Positions 54,702-64,000 of a stretch of DNA of 64,000 nt are shown here, piece by piece. The position numbers and the translations under genes are program-made. The notes beneath the pieces are model-generated. The model did not search any database. It was not told the DNA's origin and saw nothing but the letters and a program-made list of their open reading frames with translations. How positions within the stretch are numbered: position 1 is the first letter of the stretch; each line of letters opens with the position of its first letter. The stretch spans positions 241-64,240 of the forward strand of contig DATENA010000247.1 of NCBI GenBank assembly GCA_035275285.1. Reading direction: 5' to 3'. Source of the DNA: Fibrobacteria bacterium. GTDB taxonomy: Bacteria > Fibrobacterota > Fibrobacteria > UBA11236.

Positions 54702-55939
54702 GCGGCTCCCGGTCCCGGCCCGCGCGGCGCGGCCGATCCGCCCTCCCGGTCCCGGCGATAGAGGTCGAGGTAGCGATCCACCATGCCGGCGCTGTCGTAG
54801 CGGGCGTCGAAGGCGCGCCGGGCCTCGCGGCCCATGGCCTCGGCGGCGCGGGCGTCGTCCAGGCAGGCGATCACCGCCCGGGACAACGCGGCGGGATCCA
54901 TGGGCGGGACCAGCCTGGCCGTGCGGCCGTCTTCCAACAGGTCCCCCACGCCGCCCACGCGGGTGGCGATGATGGGCAGCCCCAGGCTCATGGCTTCCAA
55001 AAGGCATAGCGGCAGGCCCTCCCACAAGGATGGCAGCACGAAGCAGTCGATGAGCGGATAGAAGGGCGTCAATTCGGGGTAGGCGCCCAGGAAGCGCACG
55101 TTGTCCGCCACGCCCAAGGCGCGGGACCGCTCCCGCAGATCGGATTCCAGGGCGCCGGTTCCCGCCACGGCCAGGCCCGCGTCCGGATGCCTGGCCAGGA
55201 TGGCCGGCATGGCCTCCAGCAAATAGCGGATGCCCTTCTGCTCTTCCAGGCGCACGCCCAGGCCGAACACGCGCCCGAAGCGGTCCAGCCCGGCCTCCCG
55301 GCGCAGGCGGCCGGCGTCCAGGCGCGCCCTTTCCGCGCGGTACCAGGCTCCGTCTATCCCGTTGCGGATCACGGTCAGGCGCCGCGGGTCCATCCCTTCA
55401 TGGCGGCGCAGGTTCTCGGCCGTATGCGCCGAGACGCCCACCACCTTGTCGTAAGCGCGGGACATGAGCCGCTCCAGGACCATGTAGCGGAGCCGGTCGG
55501 GAAAGGCGCGCGCATGATCGGTGTGGATGCGGACCGGGACCCGCGCCAGCAAGGCGGCCATGCCCCCGTCCAGGAACGCCTGGGTGTTGTGGGTGTGGAT
55601 GACGTCATACCGGTGTTTCCGTAACAGGTGGAATACCTTCAGGAACATCCACCGGTCGGCGCCCCTTTCCGGCCAGGGCATGGTCCAGAGGGGGATGCCC
55701 CGGCCGCGGATTTCCGCCCCCAGGGGGCCGGGCCCGCGCAGGGAGCAGATATGCGCGTCATGCCCCAGGCGCCGCAGGCCTTGGGCCAGATCGATCACCA
55801 CCCGTTGCAGGCCCCCGGCGCGCAGGTCATGGCTCACCTGGAGGATCTTCAACGGGCGGGATCCGTTCGCCGGGCGGGTTCCGGAAAAGGCGTCCTGGGC
55901 CTCGGCCAAGACGTCAGGCATGGGCGAGAACTTGCGCAT
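54698..55939 (-). CDS. glycosyltransferase family 4
   Basis: ATG at 55939 with a GGAGG RBS. KILQVSHDLRAGGLQRV... and the C-terminal EGLPLCLLEAMSLGLPIIATRVGG. Confidence 0.8.
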   Translation of the reverse strand: MRKFSPMPDVLAEAQDAFSGTRPANGSRPLKILQVSHDLRAGGLQRVVIDLAQGLRRLGHDAHICSLRGPGPLGAEIRGRGIPLWTMPWPERGADRWMFLKVFHLLRKHRYDVIHTHNTQAFLDGGMAALLARVPVRIHTDHARAFPDRLRYMVLERLMSRAYDKVVGVSAHTAENLRRHEGMDPRRLTVIRNGIDGAWYRAERARLDAGRLRREAGLDRFGRVFGLGVRLEEQKGIRYLLEAMPAILARHPDAGLAVAGTGALESDLRERSRALGVADNVRFLGAYPELTPFYPLIDCFVLPSLWEGLPLCLLEAMSLGLPIIATRVGGVGDLLEDGRTARLVPPMDPAALSRAVIACLDDARAAEAMGREARRAFDARYDSAGMVDRYLDLYRRDREGGSAAPRGPGPGAA

Positions 55940-57104
55940 AAGCCTCCAGGTAACGGCCGTGGGTGGCCCGGATGTCGTGATGGGCCAGGACCTCCTTGCG
56001 CAAGGCCCGGCCGAAGGCGGCGCGGCTCTCGGGGCCGAGCAGGAGATCCTCCAGGGCGCGGACGAGGCCGTCCTCGTCGCCCATGCGGATGAGGCGGCCC
56101 GTGGCCCAATCATGGACCAATTCCGGCATGCCGCCGGAGTCCGTGCAGACCACGGCCTTCTGCAGCAGCCCCGCCTCCAGCAGGGCCATGGGCAGGCCCT
56201 CCCCATCGTCGGAGGGCAGCGCGAAAACGTCCATGTCCGCGACCCAATCGAGCACGCGGCTCTGGAAGGGGAACAGGCCGGGCGGCTCGTCCGGGATCAG
56301 GCCGCGCCAAAGGCTTTCCAGGGAGGATCGCAAAGGGCCTTCGCCGATGATGGCGAGCCGGCAGGGGACGGTCTTGCGCACTTCCGCGTAGGCGCGGATG
56401 AGCATGGCATGGTTCTTCATGGGCACCAGGCGGCCCGCCGTCCCGATCACCGGCGCCCGGTCGCCGGGCGGGAAACCGCCCCGGCCGCCGCCCCAGCCCA
56501 GGGCGCGCCAGAGGGGATGGGAAGGCTCGACCTGGATCTCGGTGCGGATGCCGTTGGGGATGGTGCGCAGCCGGCAGATGGGATTGCGGGCGCGCAGATA
56601 GCCTTCCATTTCGCCGGACACGGCCACCACCGTTTCCGCGGCGCCCAGGAAGACCAGGTCCAGCCAGCGGTAGACCGTGGCTTTCCAGTCGCCGGATCCT
56701 TTGGCGTAGCCATGCGCCGTGACCAGGAGCGGCACGCGGTGCATGCCGAACCAGCGCGAGCAGAGATGGAACGCCGTGGCCTTGTAGCCATGCGAGTGCA
56801 CGATGCCGATGCCGCCCTCCGTCAGGGCCCGGGAGTACGCCCTGAGGCCCTCCCAGGTCAGGCCGGGCGGGACGGGGACGCGCGATACGGGAAGGCCCAG
56901 GGCGGCGACGCGTTCGGCCACCTCGTTGCCGGTCTGGCCGGGATCGAGAAGGGCCAGGAGCCGCGGGGCATAAGCGGGGCAGGCGGCTTGTTCCCCCGCC
57001 AGGTCGCAGATGACCTTTTCCGCGCCGTAGAAACCGCCGCTGTGGATGGCATGCGCCAGCCTGACCGGGGAAGGACGGGGGGTTGCATCTGCGCTATCCG
57101 ACAT
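55914..57104 (-). CDS. glycosyltransferase family 4
   Basis: Start MSDSADATPRPSPVRLAHAIHSGG. C-terminal DGEGLPMALLEAGLLQKAVVCTDSGG. Confidence 0.8.
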   Translation of the reverse strand: MSDSADATPRPSPVRLAHAIHSGGFYGAEKVICDLAGEQAACPAYAPRLLALLDPGQTGNEVAERVAALGLPVSRVPVPPGLTWEGLRAYSRALTEGGIGIVHSHGYKATAFHLCSRWFGMHRVPLLVTAHGYAKGSGDWKATVYRWLDLVFLGAAETVVAVSGEMEGYLRARNPICRLRTIPNGIRTEIQVEPSHPLWRALGWGGGRGGFPPGDRAPVIGTAGRLVPMKNHAMLIRAYAEVRKTVPCRLAIIGEGPLRSSLESLWRGLIPDEPPGLFPFQSRVLDWVADMDVFALPSDDGEGLPMALLEAGLLQKAVVCTDSGGMPELVHDWATGRLIRMGDEDGLVRALEDLLLGPESRAAFGRALRKEVLAHHDIRATHGRYLEAYAQVLAHA

Positions 57105-57380
57105 CGAGGGCCGCCAGGAACGGGTTGCCGGACGGGATGCGCATGTTCCATGCGCCCGCGCGTCCGTCCGATAGGGAAACAATGTTTTTAAGGATTTCGA
57201 CACAAGCGCGCCCCTCCGGTGGATCGCCTTGCAGGCGGAAAGGAGCCCGACAAGCCCGCGATCGAATCGACCCACCCCCCTTCCCGGGAATTTAGTTTCA
57301 AGGAAGTCCGCCCGCGCCCGCAGGGGCGACCGTCCCGCCGGGGGCCGAAAGGGCGTTCCCGGCAGGGGGAAGAAGGAGCT

Positions 57381-58547
57381 ATGACCCAAACCGCGTTCTG
57401 GATCGGTGCCTTGGCCTTTTTATCGGCATACTCCTATTTCATCTACCCCCTGATCCTGCTGGTGGCGCGCAAGTCGGCCATCGCCGCCCGGACGCAAGGC
57501 GGCAAGCATCCCCCATTCACGGAGGAGATCCCCTTCGAGCCCAGGATTTCCCTCCTCATCACCGCGCATAACGAAGAGGATCGCATCCGGGCCAAGCTGG
57601 AGAACAGCCTGAAGCTGGAATACGATCCCGAATGCCTGGAGATCATCGTCTGCTCGGACGCGTCCACGGACGGCACCGAGGCGGCCGTCGCGGCCTATCC
57701 CGGCGTCAGGCTGGTGCGCGTCGGCGAGCGCCGGGGAAAAGAGCATGCCCAGAAGCACGGCATCCTCCACAGCACCGGGGAGATCCTGGTCTTCACCGAT
57801 GTGGCCACCCTGCTGGACCGGGACGCGTTGCGCCTGCTGGCGCGGAATTTCCGCGATCCGGCCGTCGGGGCCTTGAGCTCCACGGACAGGATGATCGGGG
57901 AAGACGGCAACCCCTCGGGCGAAGGGCTCTACGTGCGGTACGAAATGCTGTTGCGCCGCCTGGAGTCGGACGTGCGGGGCCTGGTGGGCCTTTCGGGATC
58001 CTTCTTCGCGGCCCGCCGATCCGTCTGCCGGACCTGGGCCGAGGACCTGCCTTCCGACTTCAACACCGTGATGAACTGCGTGCGCCTGGGCTACCGGGCG
58101 GTATCGGACGACCGGGTCATCGGGTATTACCGGGACATCCAGCGCGGCCAGAGCGAGTTCCAGCGCAAGGTGCGCACCCTGGTGCGCGGCCTGACCGCTT
58201 TCTTCGCCAACCTGGAACTGCTGGATTTCCGGCGCTTCGGGTTCTTCTCCTTCCAACTGGCCAGCCACAAGCTCATGCGCTGGCTGGCGCCGGTGTTCAT
58301 GATCCTCCTGCTCCCGGCCACCCTGGCGGGGATGGCGGCCGGGAACCGCGCCGCCTACGTGGCCGCGGCCCTGCAGGCCTGTTTCTACGGCCTGGCCCTG
58401 CTGGGGTACGCTTCCACGGCGGCCCAGGGGAACCCCCTGGTCAAGGTGCCCTATTTCTTCGCGCAGGTGAACGCGGCCATCCTGGCGGCCTGGATCAAGT
58501 ACCTGCGCGGCGAGCGCATCACCATGTGGGCGCCTTCCAAACGATGA
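57381..58547 (+). CDS. glycosyltransferase family 2 (membrane-anchored, processive-type architecture)
   Basis: GAAGGAG RBS. An N-terminal TM helix, then LLITAHNEE...IIVCSDASTDGTEA (GT2 motifs), and C-terminal TM helices. Confidence 0.8.
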   Translation: MTQTAFWIGALAFLSAYSYFIYPLILLVARKSAIAARTQGGKHPPFTEEIPFEPRISLLITAHNEEDRIRAKLENSLKLEYDPECLEIIVCSDASTDGTEAAVAAYPGVRLVRVGERRGKEHAQKHGILHSTGEILVFTDVATLLDRDALRLLARNFRDPAVGALSSTDRMIGEDGNPSGEGLYVRYEMLLRRLESDVRGLVGLSGSFFAARRSVCRTWAEDLPSDFNTVMNCVRLGYRAVSDDRVIGYYRDIQRGQSEFQRKVRTLVRGLTAFFANLELLDFRRFGFFSFQLASHKLMRWLAPVFMILLLPATLAGMAAGNRAAYVAAALQACFYGLALLGYASTAAQGNPLVKVPYFFAQVNAAILAAWIKYLRGERITMWAPSKR

Positions 58548-58608
58548 GCGGACGGCCACACCCCGCCCCTTCCGGCCGCGCGACCGGCGCGGGAAGCGAC
58601 GAGCCAAC

Positions 58609-59793
58609 ATGAAAAGAAACCGCCTGCTCCTCATCCTGCCCGGTCCGCTGTGGGAAATCAAGGATTCGCTGCGCCAGCGGATGGAACGGCTTTCGGAGCG
58701 CTACCAGGGCCGCATCGTCACCACCATGCCCGAGAGCGGCGGGCACCGCCTGGGGAATTTCACCCTGACCGCTCTGCGCTACCGGCGCGGGGCCCCGTGG
58801 AAGCCCTGGATGAACCTGAAGTTCCTGCTCTACGGATGCCTCCTGGGCCTGCGGGCCCGCCTGGGCGGGGAAAGCTACGATCTGGTGGTGGCCTATGACC
58901 CGCTCCGCTCGGGGCTCATCGGATTGCTGGTGGCGCGCCTGGCCGGGGCGCGTTTCGCCCCCGAGGTCAACGGCGTGTACGAGTCCTACGCCAATTACCT
59001 GGACGGGGGCCCCCGCTGGCTTCTGGCCTGCAAACGCCACCTGTATCCGCGCTTGGTGGGATTCACCTTGTCCCGGGCCGACGGGATCAAGACCCTGTTC
59101 CCTTCGCAGCTCAAGCATTACCGCGATCGCATCCGCACGCCGGTGGTGGAGCATTTCTTCGACTATGTGGACCTGGAACCGTTCCGGGACCTGGGGGAGG
59201 AAAAGGTGGTCCTGTTCGTGGGCTTCCCCTACAAGCTCAAAGGGGTGGATCTGCTCATCGAAGCCTTCAAGCGGGTCGCGCCGCGCCATCCCGGCTGGAA
59301 GCTCAAGATCCTGGGCTGGTTCCCGGACCTGCGCGAGCTGGACGCCGCCATCGGCGGGCACCCGGACATTTTCCGCCATCCCCCGGTGTTTTCGCGCGAC
59401 ATGCCCGGGCATATGGGCCGCTGCGGGATCTTCGTCCTGCCCTCGCGCACCGAAGCCATGGGGCGCGTGCTCCTGGAGGCGATGGCCTGCGCCAAGCCCA
59501 GGGTGGGGGCGGACGTCGAAGGCATCCCCACCGTGATCGAGGACGGCGTGGACGGGCTGCTGTTCCAAGCGGGGAACGCGGACGACCTGGCCGCCAAGCT
59601 GGACCTGCTGATGGGGGACGCCGCGCTGCGCAAGAGCCTGGGGATGGCCGGACGCATGCGCTCCATCGGCGAATTCAACGCCAACCATTATTTCCGGCGC
59701 CTGCTGGATTTCTACGGCCGCGTGCTGCGCCAGATCCCCACCCGGCGCTCTTCCGCGCTGGCCGAAGCGAAAGGCGCGTATGATGCGGTCTGA
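58609..59793 (+). CDS. glycosyltransferase family 4
   Basis: C-terminal TEAMGRVLLEAMACAKPRVGADVEGIP (E-x7-E). 394 aa. Confidence 0.8.
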   Translation: MKRNRLLLILPGPLWEIKDSLRQRMERLSERYQGRIVTTMPESGGHRLGNFTLTALRYRRGAPWKPWMNLKFLLYGCLLGLRARLGGESYDLVVAYDPLRSGLIGLLVARLAGARFAPEVNGVYESYANYLDGGPRWLLACKRHLYPRLVGFTLSRADGIKTLFPSQLKHYRDRIRTPVVEHFFDYVDLEPFRDLGEEKVVLFVGFPYKLKGVDLLIEAFKRVAPRHPGWKLKILGWFPDLRELDAAIGGHPDIFRHPPVFSRDMPGHMGRCGIFVLPSRTEAMGRVLLEAMACAKPRVGADVEGIPTVIEDGVDGLLFQAGNADDLAAKLDLLMGDAALRKSLGMAGRMRSIGEFNANHYFRRLLDFYGRVLRQIPTRRSSALAEAKGAYDAV

Positions 59794-60895
59794 ACCGGTG
59801 CTGTTCCTGCTCTCCAAGGTGCTGGGAGGGAAGACCTTCAGTTCCCATTTGATGCGCGTGGTGGAGACCATGGCGCAGATCCGGCCCCATTACGTGTTCC
59901 TGGAAGAGGACGATTACGGCCGCTACCGCCGGCACATCCCCTCCTGGAACCGCCTCTCCGGGCTGTTCGTGGGCCCGTCCATCCTGCGTTGGAAGCTGCG
60001 GCGGGATCCGCCTCCCGAATACTCCAAGGTCTTCGTGCAGAGCTTCGAGCTGATCCCGGCCCTGCAGGAGCTGGATCCGCTCTCGCCGGCCATCCTGGCC
60101 CACGATTCCACCAACGTCCTTTCCTACCGCCTGATCCGCGATGCCAGCCCCGGTCCCGGCGCCAGGCTCCTGTGCGGGATCAAATCGCTGCTGGTCACCC
60201 CGAACTACAAATCCGCCATCGGCCGCGCCCGCGCCTTCCTGCCCCGCACGCATTGGTGCGCGCGCTCCCTGGTGAAGGATTTCGGGGTGGCCCCCGAGCG
60301 CATCATCGTCGCGCCCAGCGGCATCGATACCTCGCTCTGGAGCCCGGACGGGCCGCGCGCGCGCGCGGAGCCGCCCGTGCTGCTGTTCGTGGGGAACGAT
60401 TTCGCGCGCAAAGGCGGCGAGCTCCTGCTGGACGTCTTCGTCCGGTACCTGCATCCGCGGGCCAGGCTGCGCATCGTCTCCAACGATCCCGCCCTCCGGG
60501 ACCGCGCCTGGCCGGACGGCGTGGAGCATGTCCGGGGCCTGGGCCACGGCAACCCCTCCGATCTGGTGGAAATCTACCGCACGGCGGACATCTTCGTCTT
60601 CCCCACCCGCAAGGAGCACATGGGGATGGTCCTCCCGGAAGCCTGCGCGGTGGGCCTGCCCATCGTGGCCACGGACGTGGGCGGGGTGCGCGAGGCGGTG
60701 CGCGACGGCAAGAACGGCCTCCTGGTCCCGTACGGGGCGGGACCGGAAGAGTGGGCCAACGCCATCCTGGGCCTGATCGCCGATCCCGTGAAACGCGAGC
60801 GTTTCGGCCTGCACAGCCGCTTCATCGCCGAGAGCGAATTCGCCTTCGGGGTGCTGCGGGAGAGGGTGGAAGCGGCTTTCGCCAAGCTGTCCTGA
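59780..60895 (+). CDS. glycosyltransferase family 4
   Basis: C-terminal KEHMGMVLPEACAVGLPIVATDVGGV. It overlaps the upstream gene by 14 nt. Confidence 0.8.
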   Translation: MMRSEPVLFLLSKVLGGKTFSSHLMRVVETMAQIRPHYVFLEEDDYGRYRRHIPSWNRLSGLFVGPSILRWKLRRDPPPEYSKVFVQSFELIPALQELDPLSPAILAHDSTNVLSYRLIRDASPGPGARLLCGIKSLLVTPNYKSAIGRARAFLPRTHWCARSLVKDFGVAPERIIVAPSGIDTSLWSPDGPRARAEPPVLLFVGNDFARKGGELLLDVFVRYLHPRARLRIVSNDPALRDRAWPDGVEHVRGLGHGNPSDLVEIYRTADIFVFPTRKEHMGMVLPEACAVGLPIVATDVGGVREAVRDGKNGLLVPYGAGPEEWANAILGLIADPVKRERFGLHSRFIAESEFAFGVLRERVEAAFAKLS

Positions 60896-60916
60896 AGAAT
60901 CCCCGCCCCTCGGTTG

Positions 60917-61642
60917 TCAGTTGTTCGCCCGGTCCACGCTCAGGAAGTAGATGGTCATGGCATTGAGCACGATGGCCAGGGCCGTGCCGATCAGCGGGAT
61001 GGCCTCTTTCATGGTGATGCGCTCGGGCACGGGCACCAGGATTTCGTCCCCGGAAGCGATCCCCGCTTCCCGCAAGGTCATGCCTTGGCTGATGCTCCTG
61101 GCGAGTTCGTCGTTCAGCACCTTGCCGGCGCGCAGGTGCGAAGTCTCCTCCAGCTTGTAGGGGAGCAGCGGACCGCCGGCCAGGTTGATGGCGTCGTAGA
61201 TCACGGCATCCGGCGAGGGATAATAATAGCCCGGCGTCTTCACGTTGCCCATGATGGCCACGCGGATGACGGGGATGGCCTGGACATGGGTGTCCTTGAG
61301 ATAGGGGGCCCAGAGCCCCGCCAGGTATTGCTCGATGTTCTGCCGGTTCTTGCCCGCCACCACCACGCGCCCCGCGATGGGGAGATCCGCCATCCCCGAT
61401 CCGTCGATGGGGTAGACCCCCTTCAGCACCGATCCCGTATCGGCGGGGATCAGGATGCGGATGGCGTCGCCGGCCAGGAAGTCCTCGCGCGGGACCTCGC
61501 GTTCCTTGGCTGCCTGGGCCGTTCCCCCGGTGATGCAGGGGAGCAGCGCCAGGGCCATGCAGGCCGCGAAAAGGCGCGGGGAAAACCCCGCGGGATCGTT
61601 GCGGAACGTCGATTTCACGGGGCCTCCGGGCGGGTTGTGCAT
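60917..61642 (-). CDS. periplasmic polysaccharide export protein (Wza/EpsE-like, small PEP-CTERM-locus type)
   Basis: 241 aa. Signal/lipoprotein-like N-terminus (LFAACMALALLPC). Poly_export-type core (GDEILVP, SLN-like beta-grasp). Confidence 0.65.
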   Translation of the reverse strand: MHNPPGGPVKSTFRNDPAGFSPRLFAACMALALLPCITGGTAQAAKEREVPREDFLAGDAIRILIPADTGSVLKGVYPIDGSGMADLPIAGRVVVAGKNRQNIEQYLAGLWAPYLKDTHVQAIPVIRVAIMGNVKTPGYYYPSPDAVIYDAINLAGGPLLPYKLEETSHLRAGKVLNDELARSISQGMTLREAGIASGDEILVPVPERITMKEAIPLIGTALAIVLNAMTIYFLSVDRANN

Positions 61643-61713
61643 ACCCTAAATTAAAACCTGTCCGGGGTGGGCGCAAAAATTTTCATTCTTAATTGACCAT
61701 CACGGAGCGGACA

Positions 61714-64000
61714 ATGGATCCCAAAAGCCGGGGGCGCGGCCTCGATCTGGAAGCATATCTCAATCCCAAGAGCAGCCTGTCTTCCCCCTCCACGTTCATG
61801 CACGTGCTCTGGCTGAAGAAGTGGAAGCTGATCGCCATCTGGGCCGTGATCGCCGTGCCCGCGGCCGTGTTCCTCGCCTTCTACGACATCCCCAAGACCT
61901 ATTCGAGCGTGGCCTACCTGCGCTTTCCGCGCGTGACGGGCGGCGCCCAGAACAACGTGTTGCGCGACGTGTCCATGGGCGAAGCGGAATCCGTCGTCCG
62001 CCTGTTCCTCAGCCAGAAGGTGCTGGCCAAGACCATCGAGGAGATGGCGCTGCGCATGACCGTCTCCTCCAAGGAAGTGTACCGCAAGCACGTGATCCGG
62101 AACGTCGCCTACAGCGATCGGACCCTGCCGGGCCGGTACCGGTTCGAATTCGCCGGCGACCGCCGCGTGCGCGTGCTGTACCGTCCCTGGCAGACGCGCG
62201 GTTACCGCCTGCTATACGACGTGAAGGCGGACAGCGGCAACGGCGTTCCCATCCCCGGGGGCCGCATCGCGTTCAAGGCCCCGCTATTGGAGATCCCCGA
62301 CGGTTTCCAGGTGGACATGATCTTCCAGACCCCCGACGAGGCCCTCAAGGATTTCGCGGACCGCCTGAAGGTGCAGCCGCTGGACAAGGGCCAGGTGGCC
62401 GTCAACTATTCCGTGGAATTGCAGGATCGCGATCCCTTCCTGGTCGCGGACGTGCTCAACCACCTGACCGCCAATTTCATCCAGGTATACGCCGGCGACA
62501 ACGCGGATCAGGACCAGGACATGCTGAAGCAGATGACCGAGGGCATCGCCTCGGCCCGCGAAAACCTCAACAAGGCCCAGGACCGCCTGGCCGATTTCTA
62601 CGACAAGAACCAGTCGCGCCTGGCCGTCAAGGAGGGCAACCCCTATGCGCTGGCCACCGCCCAGACCCAGAAGGCGCAGATCGAAACCAATCTCGATCGC
62701 CTGACGCAAAGCCTTTCCGGGAAGCCCGCCGCCTCCGATTCCGATGCGGTCAAATCCCTGTGGATGAGCGAGGTGCTGGCCCTGTTGAGCGGCCAGGGGA
62801 TCCAGCGCGCGGAAGCCTTGCGCGGGCGCATCACCGCCCTGGAACAGAAGAAGGTGGCCCTGGCGGCCACCTACAGCGCGGCCCACCCGTACGTGAAGGC
62901 CGTGGACGAAGAGATCGCGGGCCTGTACGCGCCCGTGGCGCGCCTGGCGGACGAAACCCGCTCCCTGTACCAAGCGCGCCTTTCCCAGGCCGGATCGGAC
63001 ATCGTGCGCAACCTGCCCGGAGGCGCCGGGGACATGGCCGTCACCATCGAGGCCAAGCGCCTCACCGATGACCGGGACAACGCCAGCAAGGCCTTGGAGG
63101 GGTTGCAGGCGGAATACGACCGCGCCAGGCTGAGCGCGGGCCCCGGCATGTTCCAGGTCAGCATCATGGACGCGGCCCGCCCTCCCCTCTACGAAACCCC
63201 CAGCATCCGCACGCGCCTGGTCTTCTCCCTGGCCGCCGCGGTGGCGGCCGTCTTCCCGGGCCTCATCTGGGCCCTGCTCTCGCAAATCCTGTTCCCGCGC
63301 ATCTGGAACAAGGACGATGCGGAGCGCAAGCTCAAGATCAAGGTGGCGGGATCGCTGTTCCATATCGACGGAAAGCCGAAGCGCGCCCCCGGCAAGACCG
63401 CGGGCAGATCATCCGGAAAACCCGCCGGCGGTCCGCCCGTGGACGACCGCCTGCTGCATCATGGCCGCCTGGCCGGCCCGGCGGACGTGGAAGCCTACCG
63501 CGCGCTGCGGGTGGAGCTGGAGCACCATTTCGGCACCGACCTGGGCCGCGAGGGCATGTGCATCCTGGTGGCCAGCACCCAGCCCAACGAAGGCAAGTCC
63601 CTCATCGCCGCCAACCTGGCCGTGGGCTTCGCGCGCCGGGGAAGGCGCACCCTGCTGGTGGACGCCGATTTCCGGCACGGCCGCCAGGAAAACCTTTTCG
63701 GGTATCCGCCGCAGCGCGGCCTCATCGATCTGTTGCGCAGCGGGGTCGATCCCGATTTCGGGCGGCGCGCCCATTCCATGCTGTTGCCCACTGTGCAGCC
63801 CAACCTGTCCTTGATGCCCAAAGGCGTGTTCGACGAGTCCGCCACCGAGGCGGCCTACCGCGCGCCCATGGAGTACTACCTGGAGATGATGAAGGCGGCC
63901 TATGAAGTGGTGATCGTGGACGGGCCCCCGGTCATCGTCACCGCCGATCCCCTCAACTTCGCGCGCCTGGCCCGCGGCGTCCTGTACGTGCTGCGCTCCG
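61714..64000 (+). CDS. second chain-length determinant / BY-kinase fusion protein (Wzc-like paralog), 3'-truncated by window end
   Basis: This is not in the ORF track because no stop lies within the window. I translated it manually: MDPKSRGRGLDLEAY...FMHVLWLKKWKLIAIW (paralogous to 36963..39449), then LRFPRVTGGAQNNVLRDV, and near the end the Walker A STQPNEGKSLIAANLAVGFARRGRRTLLVDADFRHG. GGAG RBS. Confidence 0.8.
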   Translation, partial: MDPKSRGRGLDLEAYLNPKSSLSSPSTFMHVLWLKKWKLIAIWAVIAVPAAVFLAFYDIPKTYSSVAYLRFPRVTGGAQNNVLRDVSMGEAESVVRLFLSQKVLAKTIEEMALRMTVSSKEVYRKHVIRNVAYSDRTLPGRYRFEFAGDRRVRVLYRPWQTRGYRLLYDVKADSGNGVPIPGGRIAFKAPLLEIPDGFQVDMIFQTPDEALKDFADRLKVQPLDKGQVAVNYSVELQDRDPFLVADVLNHLTANFIQVYAGDNADQDQDMLKQMTEGIASARENLNKAQDRLADFYDKNQSRLAVKEGNPYALATAQTQKAQIETNLDRLTQSLSGKPAASDSDAVKSLWMSEVLALLSGQGIQRAEALRGRITALEQKKVALAATYSAAHPYVKAVDEEIAGLYAPVARLADETRSLYQARLSQAGSDIVRNLPGGAGDMAVTIEAKRLTDDRDNASKALEGLQAEYDRARLSAGPGMFQVSIMDAARPPLYETPSIRTRLVFSLAAAVAAVFPGLIWALLSQILFPRIWNKDDAERKLKIKVAGSLFHIDGKPKRAPGKTAGRSSGKPAGGPPVDDRLLHHGRLAGPADVEAYRALRVELEHHFGTDLGREGMCILVASTQPNEGKSLIAANLAVGFARRGRRTLLVDADFRHGRQENLFGYPPQRGLIDLLRSGVDPDFGRRAHSMLLPTVQPNLSLMPKGVFDESATEAAYRAPMEYYLEMMKAAYEVVIVDGPPVIVTADPLNFARLARGVLYVLRS

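Overview
This window is almost entirely one large exopolysaccharide (EPS) biosynthesis locus of the PEP-CTERM/exosortase type, from a high-GC (about 65-70 %) Gram-negative bacterium, read from the six-frame ORF track and motifs visible in the sequence.

**Exosortase sorting module.** Exosortase (34029..34931, -), EpsI (33391..~34029, -), the TPR-repeat protein PrsT (34948..36861, -), and a PEP-CTERM substrate protein (32478..33182, -).

**Sigma-54 two-component pair.** The histidine kinase PrsK (39456..41630, +) and the sigma-54 activator PrsR (41751..43121, +).

**Assembly and export.** Two Wzc-like fusions of a chain-length determinant with a BY-family tyrosine kinase. Two Wzx-like flippases. 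Two O-antigen-ligase/Wzy-like membrane proteins. A small Wza-like export protein.

**Transferases and sugar activation.**
- About twelve glycosyltransferases (GT4 and GT2).
- A CDP-sugar cassette: RfbF, an epimerase/dehydratase, a Zn-ribbon C-methyltransferase, a DUF4910 aminopeptidase-like protein, and a PIG-L deacetylase.

**Modification enzymes.** A polysaccharide deacetylase, a heparinase II/III-like protein, a secreted lyase-like protein, and a SAM methyltransferase.

**Biochemically uncharacterised cassette.** A tight operon of acyl carrier protein, two alpha/beta hydrolases, an AMP-forming acyl-CoA ligase, a PLP decarboxylase and a FemAB/GNAT-like transferase sits with three AsnB-type amidotransferases, one of which has lost its catalytic Cys. 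This is the most interesting system in the window.

**Non-coding curiosities.**
- A tRNA-like sequence with anticodon CGC that has a defective T-stem and C3:G70 instead of the alanine identity pair G3:U70.
- A lower-GC block of secreted beta-propeller proteins following that tRNA-like sequence.
- A 163-bp inverted-repeat element between convergent genes.
- Tandem CCTTAAG repeats in the 3' UTR of the PEP-CTERM gene.
- A sigma-54-type promoter candidate upstream of that same gene.
- An exosortase/EpsI junction whose -1 frame offset suggests a disrupted or recoded fusion.

I found no CRISPR array, no rRNA and no obvious transposase or integrase.
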